Below are positions 1-6,600 of a DNA stretch of 27,854 nucleotides, piece by piece. The notes beneath the pieces are model-generated. The model saw nothing but the letters and a program-made list of their open reading frames with translations. It made no database searches and was not told where the DNA came from. The position numbers and the translations under genes are program-made. Every line of letters begins with the position of its first letter. Within the stretch, counting starts at the first letter, position 1. Source of the stretch: Planctomycetota bacterium (lineage in GTDB: Bacteria > Planctomycetota > UBA11346); the NCBI GenBank assembly GCA_038213805.1, contig JBBQSO010000070.1:1-27854 (forward strand), given 5' to 3'.

Positions 1-1
1 G

Positions 2-211
2 GACACTGCCGCGGCTGCGGCTGGTGCGCCAGCCAATCCGGCATCATACGCGCTGACCCTGACGACCTCGGCGCAGGGCCTGACGAGCGGCCTGCTGAGC
101 GGTGCGACCTCGGCCTATGCGCTCTACTTCCAGGCGCCGACGTCCATCAGCAGCGGCTCGGCCACTCAGCAGACCATCGTGATCAGCATCACCGCGGCGC
201 TCGCGCCGTGA
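2..211 (+). CDS. 3' end of a CDS running in from the left edge; Ser/Thr/Ala-rich beta-strand-like tail (possible secreted or pilin-like protein)
   Basis: Open frame from position 2 to TGA at 209-211 (DTAAAAAGAPANPASYALTLTTSAQGLTSGLLSGATSAYALYFQAPTSISSGSATQQTIVISITAALAP*) with high-GC3 codons; too short to assign a function. Confidence 0.6.
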   Translation, partial: DTAAAAAGAPANPASYALTLTTSAQGLTSGLLSGATSAYALYFQAPTSISSGSATQQTIVISITAALAP

Positions 212-484
212 GCGCGCCAACCCGTGTGTCCGCATTCCACGGCGGCCAGCTGGCAGCGTCACGCGCATCATGCGGATAGGACTCAGGACGTGGGCTCGCT
301 TGGTTGGACGGCCCCGCTGACACTGAAACGGACCACCGTGCAGGACAGGAATGACTGCCGACCGCGGTGGTCCGGCAGCCAGCCGGCGAACGCGGCGTCT
401 ACCCTGCGCTGAACGCCCTGCCATAGGGTGGGCGCTGCGCTGCCATGGACTTCCGACGCCGCTACGACCGCCTAGCATGCGCGC

Positions 485-2950
485 ATGATCCAACCTGGCA
501 CCGTTCTCGGCGGCATCCGCATCGACGCCCTGCTCGGCAAGGGCGCCATGGGCGAGGTCTACCGTGGACTGCAGCTGTCGCTCAAGCGTCCGGTGGCGGT
601 CAAGCGCGTCGCCGAGCACCTGCTTGGTGACGAGCAGGCGGTGGCGCGCTTTGCGCGCGAGGCGCAGTGCGTGGCGCGTGTGCAGAGCCCGTACGTGGTT
701 GGCGTCCACGATTTCGGCCGTTTCCGCGACGCGGCCGGCGACGAGCACCTGCTGCTGGTGATGGAGCTGGTCGACGACGGCGCCAGCCTGCGCGCGTTGC
801 TCGCCGGACGGCGGCGCGCGGCGCTCGATTGGCGCACCGGCACGGCGTTCATCCTACACGTCGCGGAAGGCCTGGCGGCGGCGGCGGAGTTCGGCGTGGT
901 GCACCGCGACATCAAGCCCGACAACATCATGATCACACGCAAGGGCGTGGCCAAGCTCGCCGACTTCGGTCTGGCACGCGCGGTCGATTCGTCGGCGATG
1001 ACCATGGAGGGCGCGGTGCTCGGCACGCCCCTCTACCTCTCGCCCGAGGCTTGCCGCGGCCAGCCCGTCGACGCGCGCGGGGACCTCTATTCGCTCGGCT
1101 GTACGTGGTTCCACCTGCTTGCCGGTGGGCCGCCTTTCCAAGCCTCGACCACCGTCGCCTTGCTGCGTGCACATCTCGACGATCCGCCGCCGCAGCTGCG
1201 CAGGCTCGCGCCCGAGGTGCCCGAGGCGGTCGCCGCGCTGGTCATGCGCCTGCTCGCCAAGGATCCTGGACGGCGTCTGGCCAGCGCGCAGGCGCTGGTC
1301 GAGGCCTTGCACGGCTTGGCCGCGCAGGGCCTGGTCATCCCGCGTACCGCGCCCGAGGTCTTCGGAGACGGGCCGGCCACCACGGCAACGCAACTTGTAC
1401 CTGCGCCCGGCGCCAGCACCGCGCAGACGCTTGCCAGCGGCGGCGTCGCGGCGCCCGGCAGCGGAGCCGCCACCGTGCCGACGGTGCTGGCGGCAAGCGT
1501 GCCGACGGCGGCAGCGCGCCCACGCACAGACGACGATCCGGTGACAGTACCACTGAGCCCGCCGCCTCGAGCACCGGAGACTGTCGCTGCTGAGGCCGTC
1601 ACCGCCGCGCAGGGACGTCCCGTTCGCTCACGTTGGCTGGTGCCGACGGCCGCCGTCATCGCCCTGGTGCTGGTGGCCGGCGCGGTGCTCGTGCTGCGTG
1701 CCGCCGGCCATGATCCGGTCGCCGAGGCGCTTGCGGCGCACGACTGGACACTCGCCCAGCAGCGCGCCGAGGCGCGCCTCGCCGCTCGCCCCGACGATGC
1801 CGCAGTGGTCGCGCAGTTCCGGCTGGCGGTGCATGGCGAGGCGCTTGAGCTGGCCGGCGCCGGCCACCATGACGACGCGCTGGCGCGCCTCGGCCGCCAG
1901 CGTAACGCGCGCCCGTGGCTGGACACCGCGACGTGGGAGCGCGAAGTACGCACCGCCAAGGCGGCCTACCTGGTCTCCCACCAGCATGCCGAGCAGGGCG
2001 CGGCTTTGTTCCAGGCCCTGCGCGAGGAAACCCCCGAAGACACGGCGATCTGCCGCGCCATGCTCGCCGCCTTCGCCGGGCGCGACGACGCCCCGCCCAG
2101 CCTGGTCGGAGCCGCGTTGGTAGTGGCACGCGAAGGCAGTGGCCCGCTCGCGCCCGACGTGCAGCAGGTGTTGATTGGAGCGCTGGGCCGCGATGCCCCC
2201 TTCGGCGAAGACATCGCGAACCTGCGCGACCTGCTGCTCGCGCGTGACCCGGGCATCACCGCGACTGTGCTGCCATGGTTCGACGGTGATGATTACGAGC
2301 GGCGCTTCAACGCCTTCGCCGTGCTTGAGAAGGCTGGCACGCTCGGCGATGGCGACCGTCTGCGCTTCCACCTGGTGACGCTGCTTTCCTATTCCTCTAG
2401 CTATACGGTGACCCGCGAAGCCGCCACCTGGCTGGAGACCGAGTCGGTCAAACCAAGCTGGGCCGAGCGCAAGCGCGCCGCGCGGCTGCCGGCGATCACC
2501 GGCGCGCAGTGCCTGCACAGCGGCAATGAGCTCGCCGATCGCGCGGTCGCGCTGCTCGCCGGTGCATTCGGCGACGAGTCGGCGAGCGCGGCGCTGGCGT
2601 GGTGCGCCGATCCAGACCAGGATCTGCGCTGGAACGGCTACCGTATCCTCGCGGCCGGCCACCGCCTCGACCGCCTCGACGTGCCCGCTTTCCACGCTGC
2701 GACCCTGACCAGTTTCGATCCGCTGTTCGCCACGCCTGCCTTCCTCGCCGCAGTGACCTTCTGCTCTGCCCAGCGCGGCACGCCAGGAGCGCCGGCAGCG
2801 CGCCAGGCGCTCGCTGCCGGCGCGCAGCACATCAGCAAGGAGGTCGATCTCTACGAGAAGTCGGAGGCGCCCTTCATGAAGCAGCGCGCCGCCGGCTGCC
2901 GCGAGCAACTCGTGCGGGTGGCGGCGGCGCAGGGGGAGTTGGGGCGGTGA
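485..2950 (+). CDS. Membrane-anchored Hanks-type Ser/Thr protein kinase with a helical (TPR/HEAT-like) C-terminal region
   Basis: LGKGAMGEVY Gly-loop, VAVK, HRDIKPDN, KLADFGLA, GTPLYLSPE and DLYSLG motifs; Thr/Ala/Pro linker; TM segment (WLVPTAAVIALVLVAGAVLVL). Confidence 0.95.
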   Translation: MIQPGTVLGGIRIDALLGKGAMGEVYRGLQLSLKRPVAVKRVAEHLLGDEQAVARFAREAQCVARVQSPYVVGVHDFGRFRDAAGDEHLLLVMELVDDGASLRALLAGRRRAALDWRTGTAFILHVAEGLAAAAEFGVVHRDIKPDNIMITRKGVAKLADFGLARAVDSSAMTMEGAVLGTPLYLSPEACRGQPVDARGDLYSLGCTWFHLLAGGPPFQASTTVALLRAHLDDPPPQLRRLAPEVPEAVAALVMRLLAKDPGRRLASAQALVEALHGLAAQGLVIPRTAPEVFGDGPATTATQLVPAPGASTAQTLASGGVAAPGSGAATVPTVLAASVPTAAARPRTDDDPVTVPLSPPPRAPETVAAEAVTAAQGRPVRSRWLVPTAAVIALVLVAGAVLVLRAAGHDPVAEALAAHDWTLAQQRAEARLAARPDDAAVVAQFRLAVHGEALELAGAGHHDDALARLGRQRNARPWLDTATWEREVRTAKAAYLVSHQHAEQGAALFQALREETPEDTAICRAMLAAFAGRDDAPPSLVGAALVVAREGSGPLAPDVQQVLIGALGRDAPFGEDIANLRDLLLARDPGITATVLPWFDGDDYERRFNAFAVLEKAGTLGDGDRLRFHLVTLLSYSSSYTVTREAATWLETESVKPSWAERKRAARLPAITGAQCLHSGNELADRAVALLAGAFGDESASAALAWCADPDQDLRWNGYRILAAGHRLDRLDVPAFHAATLTSFDPLFATPAFLAAVTFCSAQRGTPGAPAARQALAAGAQHISKEVDLYEKSEAPFMKQRAAGCREQLVRVAAAQGELGR

Positions 2951-3053
2951 CGGCGGGGAGCGGTTCGCCTCTGGTGACGCGGGGCTCAGTCCGTGAACCG
3001 AGCAGACCGGTCGGCTTGTTGGCCTGAGAGGGCGGTGCTCATAGTGTGGTCGT

Positions 3054-4001
3054 GTGACCAAAAACCCCGAGCGCGCACCACGTCGCCACCACGTCGCCAT
3101 CTCTGGCTCGACCATCGGCACTGGTGATCCGGGCCAAGCTCTGGTGGGCCAGTCCGCCGAGCCGGGTAAGAATGTCTCAACGGGATGTTCCGTCCCTGGG
3201 AGCGCCGAGCCCCAGCTCGGCTCTTCGGGACAGCCGGACCCGAGCCGAGCTGGGGCTCGGCGCTCCCAGGAAAGGCACGCGCGCCAGCGAGATTTTCAGG
3301 GGCCATGGTATTCGCGGGGATATTTGCCCCATTTTGATTCGAAAGGCGTGATTCAATCAATCACCTTTCGACTCGGCGATTCTCTACCACAAGAGAAACT
3401 CCGCCTGCTTGAGCAGGTGATCGCTCATCTTCCCCAGGATGAGCAGGGTATGGAACGTCGGAAGCAGATAGAGCACTGGCTTGATGCGGGCATGGGTTGC
3501 TGCGCTTTACGCCATACGTCCTGCGCTGAGATCATGCAGGACACCTTGCAGCGGTTCGATGGTGAGCGGTACCGTTTGCTGGCGTGGTGCATCATGCCGA
3601 ATCATGTCCATGTGCTGATCAAACCGACTTGGTCATTGGGGAAGATCGTCCAATCGTGGAAATCTTTCACTGGACGGTGGGCATTGGCGCACGCTGCCGA
3701 GCTGGGGCTTAGCGCTCCCAGGGGAGGTGATTCCAGGATTGGCTTCTGGATGCGGGAGTACTGGGACCGACTTATTCGCGATGAGCCGCACTATCTTCGT
3801 ACCATTGCATACATTCATCAAAACCCGGTGGCGGCTGGGCTGTGTCGGAATCCGCATGAGTGGCGCTGGTCGAGCGCCTTTCGTGGGGGCGCCCGTCCTG
3901 GGAGCGCCCGTCCTGGGAGCGCCGAGCCCCAGCTCGGCTCTCAATCAAAAAAGACTGCCGAGCTGGGGCTCGGCGCTCCCAGGGGGCACCAACCGAACTG
4001 A
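3054..4001 (+). CDS. REP-associated tyrosine transposase (RAYT/TnpA-REP, Y1 HUH endonuclease)
   Basis: [32 protein letters not shown] (HUH), [29 protein letters not shown] (catalytic Tyr), WRWSS; REP doublets at both ends; start codon uncertain. Confidence 0.92.
   Translation: MTKNPERAPRRHHVAISGSTIGTGDPGQALVGQSAEPGKNVSTGCSVPGSAEPQLGSSGQPDPSRAGARRSQERHARQRDFQGPWYSRGYLPHFDSKGVIQSITFRLGDSLPQEKLRLLEQVIAHLPQDEQGMERRKQIEHWLDAGMGCCALRHTSCAEIMQDTLQRFDGERYRLLAWCIMPNHVHVLIKPTWSLGKIVQSWKSFTGRWALAHAAELGLSAPRGGDSRIGFWMREYWDRLIRDEPHYLRTIAYIHQNPVAAGLCRNPHEWRWSSAFRGGARPGSARPGSAEPQLGSQSKKTAELGLGAPRGHQPN
3195..3270. repeat. REP doublet (REPIN-like), 5' side of RAYT
   Basis: 29-bp perfect inverted pair CCTGGGAGCGCCGAGCCCCAGCTCGGCTC (3195-3223) and its reverse complement (3242-3270); each copy holds a GCCGAGC-CCCA-GCTCGGC hairpin preceded by GGAG. 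Confidence 0.92.
3696..3722 (-). repeat. Single REP copy inside the RAYT catalytic domain
   Basis: GCCGAGCTGGGGCTTAGCGCTCCCAGG, 2 mismatches to the consensus; translated as AELGLSAPR. Confidence 0.88.
3885..3983. repeat. REP doublet at the RAYT 3' end, preceded by 15-bp tandem partial copies
   Basis: Copies at 3912-3940 and 3957-3983 (inverted); GGG(G/A)GCGCCCGTCCT twice at 3885-3914. Confidence 0.9.
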
Positions 4002-4139
4002 GGTCGCCATTCAGAGCATGAGCAAAAACCTCGAACAGATGCAGCTGAGCGTGAAACCAGTGGCTGCATCTCATAGCTGGCATGCAGTACCAGACAGCGG
4101 GTCATGAGCGATCCCTTAGGGACGTGAGTGCGAGCAGAG

Positions 4140-4210
4140 AGCCCCCGGGAGGCGTCGCACCTCCACCGCCGGTTTACAGGACTGGTGCTCTGCGCTTGAG
4201 CTCCAGGGGC
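4140..4210 (-). tRNA. Degenerate tRNA-Thr(TGT)-like
   Basis: GCCCCTG/CGGGGGC acceptor, GCTC/GAGC D stem, CCAGT-CC TGT AA-ACCGG, GGAGG-TGCGACG-CCTCC; C33, one anticodon-stem mismatch, no encoded CCA. Confidence 0.7.
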
Positions 4211-4305
4211 AAGGATCAAGGAATGGGGAACGTGTCCGCCCGGGCGCGCGCCGTGATGCGGCGCGCGTCCGGGCTCCAGGAAGGCCCGGCCGGAGCCGGG
4301 ATGGA

Positions 4306-4550
4306 CTATTCCCTGAAAGAAGTGGTGGCGGTTGGTGCCGTCGAAGCGGCCGCCTCTCAGGCAGCAGTCCCTGAACAGACGCTGCGAGCCACAGGGGCAC
4401 AGGTCCTTGCGGCCGAGCCGCTCGATCAGGTCCTTGTCGCCATGGACGGTGCGCAGCCCGCGTTTCACCTTGGTTTCCGACGGGAAACCGTGGCGGCGCT
4501 TGCTACTGGTGGTGAAAGGAGGGTTCGTCGGGGAAGTGATCGGTTGCCAT
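4306..4550 (-). CDS. Small SEC-C (CPCGS..F..CC) zinc-binding protein, apparently split by two +1 frameshifts
   Basis: Core frame reads [63 protein letters not shown]. The RBS (GGAGG 4555-4559) and ATG (4550) lie in another frame, and the nearest stop TAG (4306-4308) lies in a third frame. Confidence 0.75.
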
Positions 4551-4628
4551 ACGGCCTCCAGGTTTATGGGGAACGAGTCGCGAGGTGCGAGAGAGGACTC
4601 AGGGAGTCAACCGACGCCGAAAAAGGCG

Positions 4629-4707
4629 TGGTCCTCGCGGTGGGAGTCGAACCCACATGGGACCATTACGGTTTCGACCGTTTATAAGACGGAGCCGCTA
4701 CGCGAGG
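4629..4707 (-). tRNA. D-armless tRNA-Ile(TAT)-like with a long variable region
   Basis: Perfect acceptor CCTCGCG/CGCGAGG plus A-CCA; T arm GTGGG-TTCGACT-CCCAC; CCGT-CT TAT AA-ACGG; only TAGCGGC in place of the D arm; about 20-nt variable region. Confidence 0.75.
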
Positions 4708-4881
4708 TCAGGGGACCTGCGTAGCGGCTATTCGCCGGGCCTTGGCGCGGCGGGGGTGCCGCTTGGCGCCAGGGGCGGCGGGGCCGTGGCATGCCGCCTC
4801 GCGGAGGTACCAGTCGGCGTGCGCACGCAGCCGGGGGTAGTCCTTCAGCGGAAGGTCGTGGGTGATGGGGATGCGGATCAT
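4708..4881 (-). CDS. Small basic hypothetical protein (57 aa) inside the tRNA array
   Basis: AGGAG (4890-4894) upstream of ATG 4881; MIRIPITHDLPLKDYPRLRAHADWYLREAACHGPAAPGAKRHPRRAKARRIAATQVP*; the stop abuts the tRNA 5' end. Confidence 0.6.
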   Translation of the reverse strand: MIRIPITHDLPLKDYPRLRAHADWYLREAACHGPAAPGAKRHPRRAKARRIAATQVP

Positions 4882-4967
4882 GGTTGCTGCTCCTGGGATG
4901 GGTTGCTGATGACGTGGTGGATTCCATGCGGTCGAAACACTCGACCGTCGGTGACCCTGAGAACGAT

Positions 4968-5043
4968 TGGCATCAAGGGAGGGATTCGAACCCCCGGCCG
5001 CCGCGTTCGAAGCGCGGTGCTCTTCCGACTGAGCTACCTCGAT
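4968..5043 (-). tRNA. tRNA-Arg(TCG)
   Basis: ATCGAGG/CCTTGAT-G-CCA; D loop AGTCGGAA (A20); CCGCG-CT TCG AA-CGCGG; TTCGAAT T loop. Confidence 0.93.
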
Positions 5044-5046
5044 AGC

Positions 5047-5120
5047 TGGACCCCGAGCCGGGATTCGGACCCGGATCTGCACGCTGGCGGCGTGCCGTCC
5101 TGCCATTGAACGACACGGGG
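5047..5120 (-). tRNA. tRNA-Gly(GCC), atypical (C33, C55)
   Basis: CCCCGTG/CTCGGGG-T-CCA (U73); GCACG-CC GCC AG-CGTGC; CCGGG-TCCGAAT-CCCGG. Confidence 0.8.
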
Positions 5121-5139
5121 AACACAGACGTGGCGCGGG

Positions 5140-5211
5140 CACCACCGGGAGGAATCGAACCTCCGTCAGCGGATTTGGAATCCACGGCCCTGGCCATTGG
5201 ACGACAGTGGC
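5140..5211 (-). tRNA. tRNA-Trp(CCA)
   Basis: GCCACTG/CGGTGGT-G; GTGGA-TT CCA AA-TCCGC; GGAGG-TTCGATT-CCTCC; no encoded CCA end. Confidence 0.88.
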
Positions 5212-5320
5212 AAAAAAAAGACCTCTGCGATCGCGCTGTCAGTGCGCATGAGCGCCGGTCTGCCGGTCGCCGTGATCGCTGCTCTGGCATCTTCCGCCGA
5301 GGTCAAACGGGGAGGATTGA

Positions 5321-5392
5321 TGGGGTGCCCGGGAATCGAACCTGGTTCACTCGCTTAAAAGGCGAATGCATCGCCACCTATGCTTGCACCCC
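5321..5392 (-). tRNA. tRNA-Lys(TTT)
   Basis: GGGGTGC/GCACCCC-A; GCAT/ATGC D stem; TCGC-CT TTT AA-GCGA; CCAGG-TTCGATT-CCCGG. Confidence 0.87.
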
Positions 5393-5460
5393 GCAAGGCG
5401 AGGCCGGCGTGGAAGGGTCTGCCGCAGCACGTTGGCCGCTTCCGCATGGATCGAAGACGA

Positions 5461-5543
5461 TGGACACGTCGGGTGGAGTCCGACCACGAGCCGGCAGGGT
5501 TGCGGCCTGCCCCGTCCGCGGGACGGTCGATGGCTCCGACGTG
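5461..5543 (-). tRNA. Non-canonical tRNA-Cys(GCA)-like RNA (8-bp acceptor / 4-bp T stem)
   Basis: CACGTCGG/CCGACGTG-T-CCA; GGCAGG-CC GCA AC-CCTGCC; GTGG-TCGGACT-CCAC; 6-bp hairpin in the D position. Confidence 0.65.
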
Positions 5544-5546
5544 AGG

Positions 5547-5621
5547 TGGCGCCCCCAGCGGGAATCGCACCCGCGTTCCCAGATCGACAATCTGGTGTCC
5601 TGGCTGCTGGACGATGGAAGC
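5547..5621 (-). tRNA. tRNA-Asp(GTC)
   Basis: GCTTCCA/TGGGGGC-G-CCA; CCAGA-TT GTC GA-TCTGG; GCGGG-TGCGATT-CCCGC. Confidence 0.88.
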
Positions 5622-5627
5622 ATGGAG

Positions 5628-5700
5628 TAGCGGGTGTGGGACTTGCACCCACCTGCATGGCTTATGAGGCCAGACTGGAACTGTCTCCAGCGAACCCGCG
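5628..5700 (-). tRNA. tRNA-Met(CAT), initiator-like (C1 mismatched with position 72)
   Basis: CGCGGGT/ACCCGCT-A; TGGC-CT CAT AA-GCCA; GTGGG-TGCAAGT-CCCAC; lacks the canonical three consecutive G-C anticodon-stem pairs. Confidence 0.78.
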
Positions 5701-5911
5701 AGGTGAAACGTGGTGATCGCAACAAGCGATCACCGGAGAAAACGGCTGCTGGTCGGGGACTCCGACGACCTGGATTCAGTCAGTCGCGCTCATCAAAGAG
5801 GAGACTACCAGGCTTGAGACAGATCTGATCAGAACGCGTAACGTTCCTGCAGCAGCCGAAAAGAAGTGAACGCATCTGCCCGTCGGCGCAGCCGACCCAG
5901 CCAGTCCTGGC

Positions 5912-6021
5912 GTAGGGGGCAGCGCCGTAGGCGCGTTCGTTGGGGGAGGCCGCCTGATGCGACTCCCCCAACAAAAAGCTCGTTGGGGGAGGCCGCCTGA
6001 TGCGGCTCCCCCAACAAAAAG
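5912..6021. repeat. Tandem palindromic repeat (two 42-bp units, period 43) with a GTAG-headed leader; second repeat family
   Basis: TCGTTGGGGGAGGCCGCCTGATGCG(A/G)CTCCCCCAACAAAAAG at 5937-5978 and 5980-6021; 10-bp stem GTTGGGGGAG/CTCCCCCAAC; related copy at 7385-7450. Confidence 0.9.
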
Positions 6022-6091
6022 GACAAGGTCGGATTCGAACCGACGGCCTTCCGGGTGCAAACCGGGAGCTCTTCCGCTGAGCTACGTGCCC
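6021..6091 (-). tRNA. tRNA-Ala(TGC); 3' end abutted by the repeat
   Basis: GGGCACG/CTTGTCC with G3-U70; CCGG-TT TGC AC-CCGG; GTCGG-TTCGAAT-CCGAC; A73-CCA replaced by the repeat's T run. Confidence 0.88.
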
Positions 6092-6173
6092 ATGACCCGC
6101 CGCGCGAACGCGGCGGTGATGATGTCTGCTACGAGGACCGGTTGTCAAAAAACGGGAAGAAGAGGATGCCGGT

Positions 6174-6208
6174 AAAACGAAGAACCCCGGCGGGTTAGGC
6201 CGGGGTTC
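6174..6208 (-). terminator. Intrinsic terminator / attenuator of array unit 2
   Basis: 10-bp perfect stem GAACCCCGGC/GCCGGGGTTC, 7-nt loop, followed by TTCGTTTT on the minus strand. Confidence 0.8.
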
Positions 6209-6233
6209 AGGAATGCGCTGGCAGGACGTCGTC

Positions 6234-6473
6234 CTAGCGTGGCATTCGGGATTCCCCGGTGGTGGTAAGCTGATCGCACGCGTCATTCACAACGCTTCTG
6301 GCGGACTTTATGCGGACGTGCGCACAACCATCCGCTTCGACCACGGACCAGTCCCGCGACCGCGGCTGCGTCTGCAGTGCTGGCATCATCTTGGATTTGG
6401 TTGTGGCGGGACTGGACATGGACGGCGCAGCTCCTGAAAGGAAGGTGAACGGGATGGCGATGGTTTGGTTCAT
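6234..6473 (-). CDS. Putative leader ORF of unit 2 (79 aa; alternative RBS-linked start at 6419)
   Basis: ATG 40 nt downstream of TTGACA; stop about 25 nt before the terminator; no recognisable domain. Confidence 0.4.
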   Translation of the reverse strand: MNQTIAIPFTFLSGAAPSMSSPATTKSKMMPALQTQPRSRDWSVVEADGCAHVRIKSARSVVNDACDQLTTTGESRMPR

Positions 6474-6513
6474 CGCGGTGTGGAATACATAACCGGCATC
6501 AAATGAGTGTCAA
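6474..6513 (-). promoter_or_regulatory. Sigma70-like promoter P2 (internal to the array)
   Basis: Perfect TTGACA (6508-6513), then TATGTATT in the -10 region, in an AT-rich patch. Confidence 0.6.
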
Positions 6514-6600
6514 CAGGGAAAATGCCTGAAAAAACGGGATGCGGGCGACGTGAAGCATAGGAGATGTGATTCCTGGCGCGAGCTGCGCGCCGCAAGGTCC

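Noticed and set aside
329..374. 10-bp inverted repeat CGGACCACCG/CGGTGGTCCG upstream of the kinase (possible riboswitch)
   Set aside because: No recognisable aptamer consensus and no U-tract; such hairpins are common in high-GC DNA
3941..4305. C-terminal extension of the 175-aa SEC-C ORF in the track
   Set aside because: It runs through GC hairpins, the tRNA-Thr gene and a REP, with no protein-like signal after HHFF
4900..4957. Hammerhead-like core on the plus strand (CTGATGA..GAAAC..GTC)
   Set aside because: Stem II would close with C-C instead of G-C, stem III has only 2 bp, stem I is out of register after GTC, and the array is transcribed from the other strand
5743..5858. 5S rRNA or tRNA-Sec, suggested by the length and the 8-9 bp closing helix
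   Set aside because: No 5S loop C/E consensus and no properly stemmed UCA anticodon arm; kept only as an unknown structured RNA
5937..6021. Possible CRISPR array
   Set aside because: The two units are separated by 1 nt with no unique spacers, and no cas genes are in the window
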